A stretch of DNA of 64,000 bases from Candidatus Latescibacterota bacterium (GTDB lineage: Bacteria > Latescibacterota > UBA2968 > UBA8231). This document shows, piece after piece, positions 31,262-41,100 of this stretch. The first letter of the stretch is position 1, and each line of letters begins with the position of its first letter. The notes under the pieces are model-generated. The model was not told where the DNA came from and searched no databases. It saw only the letters and a list, made by a program, of their open reading frames with translations. The stretch spans positions 4,226,305 through 4,290,304 of the forward strand of contig CBDCNM010000002.1 of NCBI GenBank assembly GCA_965219385.1, written 5' to 3'. Made by a program: the position numbers and the translations under genes.

Positions 31262-32518
31262 ATGGCTGCCAGCGCAACCAACTACAAACTCAAGAAATGG
31301 ATGGCATGGGGAGGCGCTCCAACCCTCCTCGCCGGTGCGGCCTGGGCACTCTACACCTTCCTGGGCGATGCCCCACTGAAGGATATTCCCACCAGTGAGG
31401 TGAAAAGAGGTGAGTTCCTCATCACCCTGATCGAAAGCGGCGAAATCCAGGCTGCACAGGCGGAAAAGATCGTCTCTCCAAGGGTGAGAGGGAGGCTCCA
31501 GATCCTCTCCCTGTGGCCCGAGGGCGGGCACGTCGACGTGGGTGATCTGGTGCTCCAGTTCGACAAGACGGAATTCGAAAAATGGTTGCGAGACAGAGCC
31601 GGAGAACTAGAAAAAGCCCAGTCCGATTTCACCAGGGCCAGGGCCGAAAAGGAACAAAAACTGTTCGAACTCAATATCCAGATCGAACAAAACAAGGCCT
31701 CGTTGGGACTGGCCAGGATCAATCTCAAAAAAGCCGAACTGGGCACCCGCATGGAACTCGAGGAAGCCCGGATAGGGTTCAAACAGGCCGAACGCAGCCT
31801 CTCCGAGGCCAGAGGCAACCTGGAGGCCGAGCAACTAGCCGCCCAGGTCGACCTGCAAAATCACCAGCTCAACATTGCACGCTGGCAAAAGTACTACGAT
31901 AATACCCTGAGAGACTACGAACGCCTGGATGTCTATGCCACCCACCCCGGGATTGTGGTCTACGAGAAAATCCGCCGCCCGGAAGGGGTTCGCAAGATCA
32001 AGGTAGGCGACCAGGTCTGGGGCGGACGGACCCTTATAAGTTTGCCGGACCTCTCCAGGATTCAGGTGATCGTGCAGGTTGGCGAGATGGACGTCAAGCG
32101 GGTGAAAGAAGGGCAGAAAGCCTTTGTCCGACTGGATGCCTACCCCGGCCCGGTCTTCCACGGCCAAGTCACCAAGGTTTTCTCCATGGCCAACCCGAGC
32201 CTGAATGCCCCCAATGTCCAGGTCTTCGAAATGATCATCGATATCGAAGAAGAAGACGCGCGCCTCAAACCAGGGATGTCAGCCGCTGCCGAAATCGTCC
32301 TCGAAACCATCCCCGATGCCCTTTCCATCCCCCTCGAAGCGGTTTTTCATCAGGAGGGAAAATCCGTGGTATACCATTTGGACGGAGACTCGTTCGAACC
32401 CCTCGAAGTGGAACTGGGCAAGCGCAACACTACCTCCACAGTGGTCAAATCAGGCCTCGAAGAGGGGGAGAGGATCGCCCTGAAAAGACCTAGCCCTGTT
32501 TTGAAAAGGCACCCTTGA
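31262..32518 (+). CDS. Periplasmic adaptor/membrane fusion protein (MacA-like) 1
   Basis: N-terminal TM, lipoyl halves flanking a coiled coil, LKPGMSA, IPLEAV. Confidence 0.85.
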   Translation: MAASATNYKLKKWMAWGGAPTLLAGAAWALYTFLGDAPLKDIPTSEVKRGEFLITLIESGEIQAAQAEKIVSPRVRGRLQILSLWPEGGHVDVGDLVLQFDKTEFEKWLRDRAGELEKAQSDFTRARAEKEQKLFELNIQIEQNKASLGLARINLKKAELGTRMELEEARIGFKQAERSLSEARGNLEAEQLAAQVDLQNHQLNIARWQKYYDNTLRDYERLDVYATHPGIVVYEKIRRPEGVRKIKVGDQVWGGRTLISLPDLSRIQVIVQVGEMDVKRVKEGQKAFVRLDAYPGPVFHGQVTKVFSMANPSLNAPNVQVFEMIIDIEEEDARLKPGMSAAAEIVLETIPDALSIPLEAVFHQEGKSVVYHLDGDSFEPLEVELGKRNTTSTVVKSGLEEGERIALKRPSPVLKRHP

Positions 32519-33909
32519 TGACCCAGAGTCCCCTAGCACCCATTGCACCCGGCCGCAAGAAAAAAACCCTCGCCCTCCTGATCCTGGCCCTGGTAGCCGC
32601 CGGTATCGCCGGCTCCCACTACCTTATACCTGAGGCAAACACCACCGTGGCTTCGTTCCCGGTCCAGCAGGGCGAGTTTGTCATCTCTCTGATCCTGAAG
32701 GGAGGCGAACTCGAGGCCATCGAAGCCGAAAACATCACCGCTCCTCAGGTGCGGGGGGACCTCAAAATCATCCACCTTTTCCCCGAAGGCGAACAGGTGG
32801 ATATCGGCGACCTGCTCGCCGAGTTCGACCCGGTCGAGTTCAAGAAGCGGGTCACCGAGGCCGAACAGTCCCTGGGGGGCGCCAAGGCCGACCTCGAAAA
32901 AACCAGGGCCATCCAGAAAGCCCAAACCGCCCGCCTCGAAGGCGAGATCCAGAACCAGGAAGCCCAGATGCGCCTGGCCCAGCTCCAGGTCGAAAAGATG
33001 CAATTCGAATCATCGGTCCAGAAGGAAGAAACCAAACTTCATGCCCGCCAGGCCGAGTTGCGCCTCGAGCAGGCCCAGAAGAGTTACGAGGCCCAGAAGG
33101 TCGTCGATGCCGCTGAAATCAAGAAGCTGGAACTGGAACTGGCCCGCAGGGAACGCGACCTGGAAAAAGCCCGCACAGACCTGGAAAAACTCAGCATCAA
33201 AGCGGAAAAACCCGGCTTGGTGGTCTACGGCAAGAAGTGGTCCCCGAGCGGACCGGTAAAAATCCGCGTCGGCGATGAAATCTGGGGCGGCTACAGCATC
33301 ATCACCCTGCCCGCTCTCTCCCACATGCAGGTCAAGACCTATGTCAACGAGGTCGAGGTCAACAAACTCGAGGTCGGCCAGAAGGTCTTGATCGAGCTGG
33401 ACGCCCTCCCCCAACCCACCTTCCACGGCTCCATCACCAGCATCGCCAACCTGGGACGGGAAAAGGAAGGTGAAAAGAATGTCAAGGTCTTCGATGTGGT
33501 CATCGAGGTCGAGGCAGAGGACGCCCGCCTGAAACCCGGCATGTCGGCTACCTCCGAGGTGATCATCGAGACCATCCCACCGCACCCCGAGCCGGTGCCG
33601 GATTCGCTCCAGCAGGGAGTGACCGCCGAGGTGCCTGAGCCCATGCCCGAGCCGCTCTACATCCCCCTGGACGCGGTCTTCGAGGAGAACGGCCAGACCG
33701 TGGTCTACCGGCTGGTCGACGGCGAACCGGTCGAACAGGTGGTCGTACTGGGTAAGAAAAACGACAACTACGTGATCGTCGAGGAGGGCCTTGGCCCCGA
33801 CGACAGGGTCACCCTGCGCGATCCCACCCTCATCCTGGAAAAACTGGGCGGGATCCCGGACGAGGCGGAACGGAAGCCACAGGAAAACACGGGAGACGCG
33901 GTGGAGTAA
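32515..33909 (+). CDS. Periplasmic adaptor/membrane fusion protein (MacA-like) 2
   Basis: Same architecture, LKPGMSA, Pro-rich insert before IPLDAV. Confidence 0.85.
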   Translation: MMTQSPLAPIAPGRKKKTLALLILALVAAGIAGSHYLIPEANTTVASFPVQQGEFVISLILKGGELEAIEAENITAPQVRGDLKIIHLFPEGEQVDIGDLLAEFDPVEFKKRVTEAEQSLGGAKADLEKTRAIQKAQTARLEGEIQNQEAQMRLAQLQVEKMQFESSVQKEETKLHARQAELRLEQAQKSYEAQKVVDAAEIKKLELELARRERDLEKARTDLEKLSIKAEKPGLVVYGKKWSPSGPVKIRVGDEIWGGYSIITLPALSHMQVKTYVNEVEVNKLEVGQKVLIELDALPQPTFHGSITSIANLGREKEGEKNVKVFDVVIEVEAEDARLKPGMSATSEVIIETIPPHPEPVPDSLQQGVTAEVPEPMPEPLYIPLDAVFEENGQTVVYRLVDGEPVEQVVVLGKKNDNYVIVEEGLGPDDRVTLRDPTLILEKLGGIPDEAERKPQENTGDAVE

Positions 33910-35163
33910 ATGGTCCTGCGCGAAACCTTTGCCCTCAGTCTGGTCGGACTCACCTCGCACAAGCTGCGCACCTGCCTCACCATGCTGGGCATCATCTTCG
34001 GGGTGGCTGCGGTCATCGCCATGCTCTCCATCGGCGAAGGGGCCAAGCAGGAGGCCCTGGATCAGATCAGCCAGATGGGCATCCACAACATCGTCGTGCA
34101 ACACTGGGACAAGAGCGAAGACCAGGAGGAGGAAGAGGAATCCGGCGACAGCGACCAGAACCTTTCTCGAGGACTCACCCGCGACGATGCCCGTTCCATT
34201 GCCGAGATCTGCCCGCTGGTCGCTATCGTGACCCCGCAGCGCGAAATCCAGGTAAAGGCCCAGGTGGGCAGCAATGAGTTCCGCACCATGGCCGTGGGCA
34301 CGGTGCCCGAGTACCTGGAGGTGCTCAACGCCCGCATGGGCCGCGGCGTCTTTTTCACCCAGGACGATATGTCACAGTCTCGCCGGGTCTGCGCGCTGGG
34401 CAGCGAAGCCAAACACGCCCTCTTTTTATTTGAGGAGGCCATTGGCCAGCGTCTCAAAATCCGCAACCAGTGGTTTACGGTCGTGGGGGTAATCGAGGAC
34501 AAGGGCGCGGCGGCCGGCAAGATCGGCGGGGTCCTGGAGGTGCGCAATACCGACGAGGATATCTACATACCTCTGACCGCGCTGCTGCGGCGCTTCAAAT
34601 GGGAACCCGGAGATGCGGAGCTGACCCAGATCACCATCAAGGTCGCCGATCCCGAGCGCCTGCAGGAGGCCGCCTACATCACCCGCGCCATCCTCAAGCG
34701 CCGCCACCGGGGGGTCGACGATTTCAAGATCGCCATCCCCGAGGAATTGATGCGGCAGAGCCAGCGCACCCAGCACATATTCAACGTGGTCATGGGCTGC
34801 ATCGCCGGCATCTCACTGCTGGTCGGCGGCATCGGCATCATGAACATCATGCTGGCCTCGGTGCTGGAGCGCACCCGCGAGATCGGCATCCGCCGGGCCA
34901 TGGGCGCCCGGCGCCAGGACATCCTCGCCCAGTTCATGGTCGAGGCCCTGCTGGTCAGTCTGATCGGAGGACTGATCGGAGTTATGGTGGGGTATGGCCT
35001 GCCCTTTGCCATCACTCTGTACGCGGGCTGGCGCACCATTGTGGAGCCCTGGAGCATTATCCTGGCGTTCGGGGTTTCGGCCGCCATCGGCATCGGTTTT
35101 GGCATCTATCCTGCGCGCCAGGCGGCCTTCCTCAATCCCATCGATGCGCTGCGTTACGAGTGA
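33910..35163 (+). CDS. ABC transporter permease (MacB/FtsX type)
   Basis: LTMLGIIFGVAAV, LLVGGIGIMNIM, ERTREIGIRRAMGA, PIDALRYE. Confidence 0.95.
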   Translation: MVLRETFALSLVGLTSHKLRTCLTMLGIIFGVAAVIAMLSIGEGAKQEALDQISQMGIHNIVVQHWDKSEDQEEEEESGDSDQNLSRGLTRDDARSIAEICPLVAIVTPQREIQVKAQVGSNEFRTMAVGTVPEYLEVLNARMGRGVFFTQDDMSQSRRVCALGSEAKHALFLFEEAIGQRLKIRNQWFTVVGVIEDKGAAAGKIGGVLEVRNTDEDIYIPLTALLRRFKWEPGDAELTQITIKVADPERLQEAAYITRAILKRRHRGVDDFKIAIPEELMRQSQRTQHIFNVVMGCIAGISLLVGGIGIMNIMLASVLERTREIGIRRAMGARRQDILAQFMVEALLVSLIGGLIGVMVGYGLPFAITLYAGWRTIVEPWSIILAFGVSAAIGIGFGIYPARQAAFLNPIDALRYE

Positions 35164-36506
35164 GAAGATCGCACCATCTCCAGCGCATCCACCAGACTCT
35201 TTTCGATCAAATCGCCCATCTCGTCCAGCTCGGCCTCGGTGACGATGAGGGCCGGGGATACCGCAAACCAGGTGGGATCGACGCGCATGATCAGGCCGTT
35301 TTGCAGGGTGGTTTTCCTGAGGGCCTGGCCCAGTTCGGGAAAGGGGGCCATGGAGGCGATGTCCTCGACCAGTTCCACCCCGCGTAGCAATCCCTTGCCG
35401 CGGACCTCGCGCACCACACCGTATTTTTTTAACCCTTCGAGTTTTTGCGTCAGGTACTCGCCCAGCTGTCGGGCCCGGGTCGTCAGATCCTGTTCTACGA
35501 TCTCCGCGATCACGGCCATGCCCGTGGCGCACCCCAGGGGATTGCCCGCGTAGGTATGGCCGTGGGCAAAGTTGAGATTGTCCTCGGCCGGCCCCAGAAA
35601 GGCATCTCCCATATCCTCCCGCGCCATCATGGCGCCCAGAGGCAAAACCCCGCTCGACAGACTCTTGCCGCCGCAGATGATATCCGGCGTGACCCCGAAG
35701 GTCTGGGCCGCGAACATGGCGCCGGTCTTGCCGTAGGCGGTGATGATCTCGTCGTAGATCAGCAACACCTGGTGGCGGTCGCAGATATCGCGGATGATCT
35801 GGAAGTACTCATCCGTGGGCGTGATGACGCCGCCGGTATTGCTCACCGGTTCCAGGATGACCCCGGCCACGGTGTCGGGGTCTTCGTGCAGGATGACGTC
35901 CTCGAACATCCGGGCGCAAAAGCGATTGCACTCTTCCCAGGAAGAAAAACGGTCGCGGTAGTAATTGGGCGGAAAGACCTTGGGGAAGCCGGCCATGTGC
36001 GGCTCAAAAGGGGTCTTGCGCGCCCCCGTGCCGCTGGCGGCCATGGCCCCGAAGGTGCCGCCGTGATAGCCGTAGTAGCGCGAGACGAACTTGTACTTGC
36101 CCGGACGGCCGGTCTGTTTGAAGTACTGCCGGGTGAACTTCATGGCCGACTCCATGGACTCGGAGCCGCCGCTGTAGGACTTGACGAAGTTCAGGTTGCC
36201 CGGCGTAACCTCGCTCATTTTCTCCACAAAGTCCAGGCTCACATCGGCGATGCCGTGCATGGGCAGGGCCAGGGTGATGCGCTCCATCTGCCTGTGCACC
36301 GCCTCTATCACCCGCGGGTGGCGATGGCCCAGGATGGCGACAAAGATCCCGCCGAGGGCGTCGAAGTAGCGTTTGCCTTCTACATCCCAGTAGTACAGGC
36401 CATCCGCCTTGGCGACCACGATCGGGTTTTCGATAAAGGACAGGGTCTGCTGATAGTCCAGGAAGGTGCGTTTGAGCAGGGCTTCTCGGCGGGGATCGAG
36501 TTTCAT
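35154..36506 (-). CDS. Class III PLP-dependent aminotransferase
   Basis: GGSES, YHGGT, LIYDEIITAYGKTG, PDIICGGKSL, HGHTYAGNP. Confidence 0.92.
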   Translation of the reverse strand: MKLDPRREALLKRTFLDYQQTLSFIENPIVVAKADGLYYWDVEGKRYFDALGGIFVAILGHRHPRVIEAVHRQMERITLALPMHGIADVSLDFVEKMSEVTPGNLNFVKSYSGGSESMESAMKFTRQYFKQTGRPGKYKFVSRYYGYHGGTFGAMAASGTGARKTPFEPHMAGFPKVFPPNYYRDRFSSWEECNRFCARMFEDVILHEDPDTVAGVILEPVSNTGGVITPTDEYFQIIRDICDRHQVLLIYDEIITAYGKTGAMFAAQTFGVTPDIICGGKSLSSGVLPLGAMMAREDMGDAFLGPAEDNLNFAHGHTYAGNPLGCATGMAVIAEIVEQDLTTRARQLGEYLTQKLEGLKKYGVVREVRGKGLLRGVELVEDIASMAPFPELGQALRKTTLQNGLIMRVDPTWFAVSPALIVTEAELDEMGDLIEKSLVDALEMVRSSHS

Positions 36507-36558
36507 TGTGTTGCTCCTTGTTGTCACTTGGCGCAAATCAGCGGCCGCGCGGGGCATC

Positions 36559-38337
36559 TTACCAGTAGGCCACCGCCTCGGCGATTTCGCCCAGACGCCG
36601 GCCGTTCCAGGTCACATCCGCTACCACGGTCAGCGAGTGCGTTTCGAAGCTGGCGGGAAAACGCGCCCGCACCGGGCAGGCAGCCGTGGCGCCGGCATCT
36701 ATTTCAAGGTCGCAGTCCCCCGGTTCCACTTCCACCCCTCCGCTACCGCGAAAACGCAGCACACAGCACCGCTTCTCCTTCTCGTGGTTCTTCACCCTGA
36801 CCTCGAATCCCACTTCCTCGCCCGGCCGCACCCGCACCTTGTAGGGGTAAAATTCCACCCAGTGGGGATCCATCCCCATATCGGCACTGGGCTGGTCGAT
36901 GATGCGGACGAACAACGCCTCCCAGCGGTCCATCCACTCCTGCCAGCGCTCGACCTTGTCGCGCTCGCAGATCACGGCCCCTCCGTGGCCGGTGAGAAGC
37001 CAGTCGGACGCGCGCTCCAGGATCTGGCGCGGCATGTCCCGGTAGCTTGAAACCGGGGTCCTGTTCTTGGGGATGAAGGAATGGATGAAGTCCCTCTCCT
37101 CCCTGAAACTCAGACCCGAAACATTGTCTCCGATGCAGAGGAATTTCCGCCCGTCAACTGTGAATGTGATGAGGTGGTGATACCAGGTCTGACCAGGATA
37201 CTGCTCTATGAAAAACTCGACTCCGCGCCAAACAAAGGCCCGCCCGCGCTCCACGACCTCATCCACCCGGGTACCCTGGGGCACCAGGCAGGGCATGTCG
37301 AAACGCTCGGGGTGCTCCAGGATATCCCTGAGTTCCGGCGAAGAAGCGACCCTGGTAGCGTAGCGATTCTGCAACGCTGGCAAACCGGCCAGATGATCGT
37401 CGTGGTAGTGGGAGGGCAGAAACCATTCCACGGTTTTAATGCCGACCTCTTCTTCCAGATAGGGGGTCAGATGATCGATGAAACGGTGCGGATTGGCCCC
37501 GATCGGCGCGTTGGAGGTGTAGCCGCAGTCGATGAAAAGCCCGTGCCCCTCGTCGTCCCGCACGATATAGGTATTGGCGCCGGAATTGCTCACCTCGAAC
37601 ACGTGGGGCGATAGCTCGCGGAAGCGGGGCTGGTAATACTCGTAGGGCCGGCCGTAGAACAACGCCCAGAGTTCCTCCATGACCTGCTGCAACTCTCCTA
37701 TGGCCTCCGGGGTGGCGACAAAAGGCGCCCCGTGACCCGGCAGGATCAAATCCACTCCGAGCCCGGCCACTGTACGGAGGCTCTCCAGGTGATTGACGTG
37801 CCCCTGGAAGTCCATGTAGCGCCACTGGCTCCAGAAATACTCCTTGAGCACGCCGGGGCCGCACATCAAGTCCCCACAGGCCAGCAGCCGCCGGCCGTCC
37901 ATCTCGAACAGGTAGCCCACCGAGCCGAAGGTGTGTCCCGGGAGAGGAATCACCTTGAACTCCACCCCCTCCCAGGCCAGGATCTCGTAGTCCCTGGCAT
38001 AGTCTCCGACCAGATCCGTCAGGGAACCGGCAGCGGGAAAATAGGAGGTGTAGTTGTCGGAGGTATCGTAGGAGGCCCGCAATAAATCCCCCTCCTCGAA
38101 AAAGCGCTTTTCCGCAAAGGGCAGCACCACCTCGACCCCCTGCTGCTGCCAGGCCGGGGCCGCGCCGCACTGGTTGCGGTGAAAATGGGTCAGAAGAAGC
38201 TTTTCTACCTGCCCTTTCAGGACCGCAGGAGACAAATGATTGCCGCAGTCGATCGCCAGGCATTTTTCCCCTGCCCGGATCGCGTACACGCTGCAGGTAT
38301 CCTCGACCATGTGGAGGTGTTCGCTGAGCTGGTTCAT
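36559..38337 (-). CDS. Tandem metallo-beta-lactamase-fold hydrolase
   Basis: N-domain THFHRNQ/PGHT/PGHG, C-domain SHYHDDH/GDN/TGHG. Confidence 0.82.
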   Translation of the reverse strand: MNQLSEHLHMVEDTCSVYAIRAGEKCLAIDCGNHLSPAVLKGQVEKLLLTHFHRNQCGAAPAWQQQGVEVVLPFAEKRFFEEGDLLRASYDTSDNYTSYFPAAGSLTDLVGDYARDYEILAWEGVEFKVIPLPGHTFGSVGYLFEMDGRRLLACGDLMCGPGVLKEYFWSQWRYMDFQGHVNHLESLRTVAGLGVDLILPGHGAPFVATPEAIGELQQVMEELWALFYGRPYEYYQPRFRELSPHVFEVSNSGANTYIVRDDEGHGLFIDCGYTSNAPIGANPHRFIDHLTPYLEEEVGIKTVEWFLPSHYHDDHLAGLPALQNRYATRVASSPELRDILEHPERFDMPCLVPQGTRVDEVVERGRAFVWRGVEFFIEQYPGQTWYHHLITFTVDGRKFLCIGDNVSGLSFREERDFIHSFIPKNRTPVSSYRDMPRQILERASDWLLTGHGGAVICERDKVERWQEWMDRWEALFVRIIDQPSADMGMDPHWVEFYPYKVRVRPGEEVGFEVRVKNHEKEKRCCVLRFRGSGGVEVEPGDCDLEIDAGATAACPVRARFPASFETHSLTVVADVTWNGRRLGEIAEAVAYW

Positions 38338-38613
38338 CCATGTTCTCCTATTCGCCCTGTAAAACTTGCTCTACTTGAATAACTGCACCAACCACATCGT
38401 AGACTGGTACATTTCTCTCTTCATCATATAAAATGTCACTTACTACTGAATCAACAATTCCTACAGCAATGATATGTGCTGAAGAAGTTTGCCAACGGCT
38501 TCTCCAGAGAAACTTGCCGGCTGCGCGCCCAGTCCCTAAACTATCAAATTTGTCCGCAACCGCAAAAAACACCGCGAGATCTTGCCATGGAACCTGAGGA
38601 GCGCCCGGCATCC

Positions 38614-38991
38614 ATGAAAGCCCTGGGAAAACACATCCTCGTGGATCTCTACGAATGCCCGGCCGAGTTGCTCAACGATGTGGACCACATCGAAGAGAGC
38701 ATGAAAAAAGCCGCTCGAGCGGCCAACGCCGCCATCGTGGACGCCAACTTCCACCGCTTTTCTCCCCACGGCGTCACCGGCGTGCTGACCATCCAGGAAA
38801 GCCACCTGGCCATCCACACCTGGCCGGAGTACGGCTTTGCCGCCGTGGATATTTTCACCTGTGGACAGGGCATCGATCCATGGCGCGCCTACGAGGTCCT
38901 CAAGAAGGTCTTCCGCGCCACCCGCGCCACCGCCGTGGAAATGCACCGGGGGCAATCCGATATGCTTTCCGTCCAGCAGCGCGATCCATAA
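38614..38991 (+). CDS. speD: S-adenosylmethionine decarboxylase proenzyme
   Basis: GKHILVD, FSPHGVT, IQESHLAIHTWPE (Glu-Ser cleavage), DIFTCG. Confidence 0.92.
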   Translation: MKALGKHILVDLYECPAELLNDVDHIEESMKKAARAANAAIVDANFHRFSPHGVTGVLTIQESHLAIHTWPEYGFAAVDIFTCGQGIDPWRAYEVLKKVFRATRATAVEMHRGQSDMLSVQQRDP

Positions 38992-39000
38992 ACCCGCGGT

Positions 39001-40068
39001 TCAGAAGGTTATATCCAGCGCCAGAGAGTAGATATTTTTGTGGTAGGAACCCTCCCCTCGCCGGCTGCCGTTGCGGGCGTGCCTGTACTGCGAGGAAACA
39101 CCATAGCGCGTGGTCAGCTGACGCGACGCCTTGAAGGAGAGCAGACCTTGTTCGAACTCGTCTTCTTCGACCTCGGCCGTCGGCAACGAAGCGGGCAACG
39201 CCTCATCGTAACGCCGTCGCTGCAAGGTGAGGTAGACCTGTCCATCCACCCCTTTGAAGATATGCCGGGTCAGCAGCAATTGCACCCGGTGGGATCGAAA
39301 GCCAAACCCCACGCTGTTGGAATCGTTGTCCAGCAAAGAATAGCTGGCGTGCACCAGAGCGCCCCGGTAAAACTGGATGCTGGCCCTCAGCTCCCGCCCC
39401 CGATCCGACTGGTCTTCGAGCTCGGTTGCCACAGAGTCACTGGCTTGCGCGCGCAGGACCGGGCGATCGTAATCAAGCCAGCGCCACGTCAAACCCAGAC
39501 GCCCCCGCAGCTGGCGGCTGCGACCATACTCCAGCTCGATCCCCACCTGGTTCACGGATAAGTCCGCCAGGGTTGTGTCGCGCGCATCGTCCCCGCCCCG
39601 ACGGTAGCGCAGCACCCCCGAAAATCCCCGCCCCAGGCGGCCCGTCAGCCCCAGCCGCAAGACGCCGTGCAGATAGCTTTCTTCGCTCGAAATCCTCTGG
39701 ACGTTTTTGACCTTCAACTCGCTGCCCCAGGACGCGGTCACCCGCTCGTGCACCTGGGCCAGGCCAGCGATTTCGAGCTGGCTGGCCACCACACCGCCCA
39801 GGGCCCCATCCGACTCTTCGGCCTTCCAGAAGCGCTTGAGTCCCCATTGATGCTGTACCTGAAGAGCGCCCCGGGAGGTCTCCAGCAAACGCGCCGAAGA
39901 AAATAAAAAAAGCCGGTTGACCCATCCGGCCCGCCGGCTTTCCGCTGTTTTTTCAAAGGGATTGTCGTCGTACTCCAGTCCCAGAGTCGCCTGCAAACCA
40001 GGGATGGACCCGGGGATTCCCAGGCACGCGAAGCCCAGCAGCAAGGCGACCGCCCGGGCGCGCCTCAC
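39001..40068 (-). CDS. Putative outer-membrane beta-barrel protein
   Basis: Signal peptide, EYDDN, amphipathic strands, C-terminal LDITF. Confidence 0.65.
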   Translation of the reverse strand: MRRARAVALLLGFACLGIPGSIPGLQATLGLEYDDNPFEKTAESRRAGWVNRLFLFSSARLLETSRGALQVQHQWGLKRFWKAEESDGALGGVVASQLEIAGLAQVHERVTASWGSELKVKNVQRISSEESYLHGVLRLGLTGRLGRGFSGVLRYRRGGDDARDTTLADLSVNQVGIELEYGRSRQLRGRLGLTWRWLDYDRPVLRAQASDSVATELEDQSDRGRELRASIQFYRGALVHASYSLLDNDSNSVGFGFRSHRVQLLLTRHIFKGVDGQVYLTLQRRRYDEALPASLPTAEVEEDEFEQGLLSFKASRQLTTRYGVSSQYRHARNGSRRGEGSYHKNIYSLALDITF

Positions 40069-41096
40069 TCGTTGCCTTCCAGCAGCTCGAGCAGGTGGGC
40101 CCGAAAGGCCCGGGCGCGCTCCCGGACCACAGCTTCGAGCTGATGGATTTCCTGCTGCCGTGCCTTCAGCTTACGGATCTCCAGGACGATATCACCGGCC
40201 GCCAACTCGTCCATGGAAATGCTCTCTTCACGGGCCAGCTCCTGGTAGGGAACCAGGACTTTCTCAGTAGGGGGGAAAGATCCTCTCTCCTCGAAGGATT
40301 TTCTCTCCTTGGAAAAAGCGGCATTGGATGCGTCAATTCCTGGCTCAAACTCCGCGAGATCATCCTGGGTCCGCACCTTGGTATTAACCTCTCTTTCGAC
40401 CCGCACCAGGACCCGCCCCTCGGGCAGATGCTCGTCGAAGAGGCGGATCTCGGTGGTAAAAATCCGCACCCGGGAACGCAGGCGGTGTTCTTCCTCGAGC
40501 CGGACCAGGCGCTCGCCCGTCTCCGCGGCTTCAGCCTGCAAGCGGGCGGCGATATCCTCCATCAGCTCGGCCTTCTGCTTGATCTCGTCCGGACTGTCAT
40601 CCGGGCTGATAGCCATGTTTTCCCCGTAGCGCAGGCGCGAGCTAGGCTTATCACCCAGGGCTTCGCGTGCTTCCTGGTAAATCACAAGTTGCCGCAGCAG
40701 CCCTTTGTCCGGGGCCTGGGCCAGCTGCTGGATGAGCACGCCGATTTCCCAGTCGTAGGCCAGGCGCAAACGCTCCCGGAGGCCTTCTTCCTCGATCTTC
40801 AGGGTCTCCAGCGTCTGGTCGAATTCGACCAGACGCTGCTCCAGCACCAGGGCGGCTCTCAGGGCTTCCTGGAGTTTTTCCGGGTCCATGCCCTCGGCCT
40901 TGAAGCTATCGATCCGCGCCGAAAGGCCGTCGGCGCTCCGCATCAACTCCGCGCGCGCTACCTCGAGGGAGTCCTGAACGAGGCCGAGCTGTTTGAGCTC
41001 GGCCTCGAGGGCGTGGATTTCCCCTACATCCGCCCGCGCCGGCCTCGAAGCGGGCAATCCGCTCAGCAGGAAAAGCAAGCCTACAAAGACTGTCAT
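40065..41096 (-). CDS. Exported coiled-coil hypothetical protein
   Basis: Signal peptide, heptad-rich helices; 4-nt overlap with next gene. Confidence 0.65.
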   Translation of the reverse strand: MTVFVGLLFLLSGLPASRPARADVGEIHALEAELKQLGLVQDSLEVARAELMRSADGLSARIDSFKAEGMDPEKLQEALRAALVLEQRLVEFDQTLETLKIEEEGLRERLRLAYDWEIGVLIQQLAQAPDKGLLRQLVIYQEAREALGDKPSSRLRYGENMAISPDDSPDEIKQKAELMEDIAARLQAEAAETGERLVRLEEEHRLRSRVRIFTTEIRLFDEHLPEGRVLVRVEREVNTKVRTQDDLAEFEPGIDASNAAFSKERKSFEERGSFPPTEKVLVPYQELAREESISMDELAAGDIVLEIRKLKARQQEIHQLEAVVRERARAFRAHLLELLEGNE

Positions 41097-41100
41097 GAAC

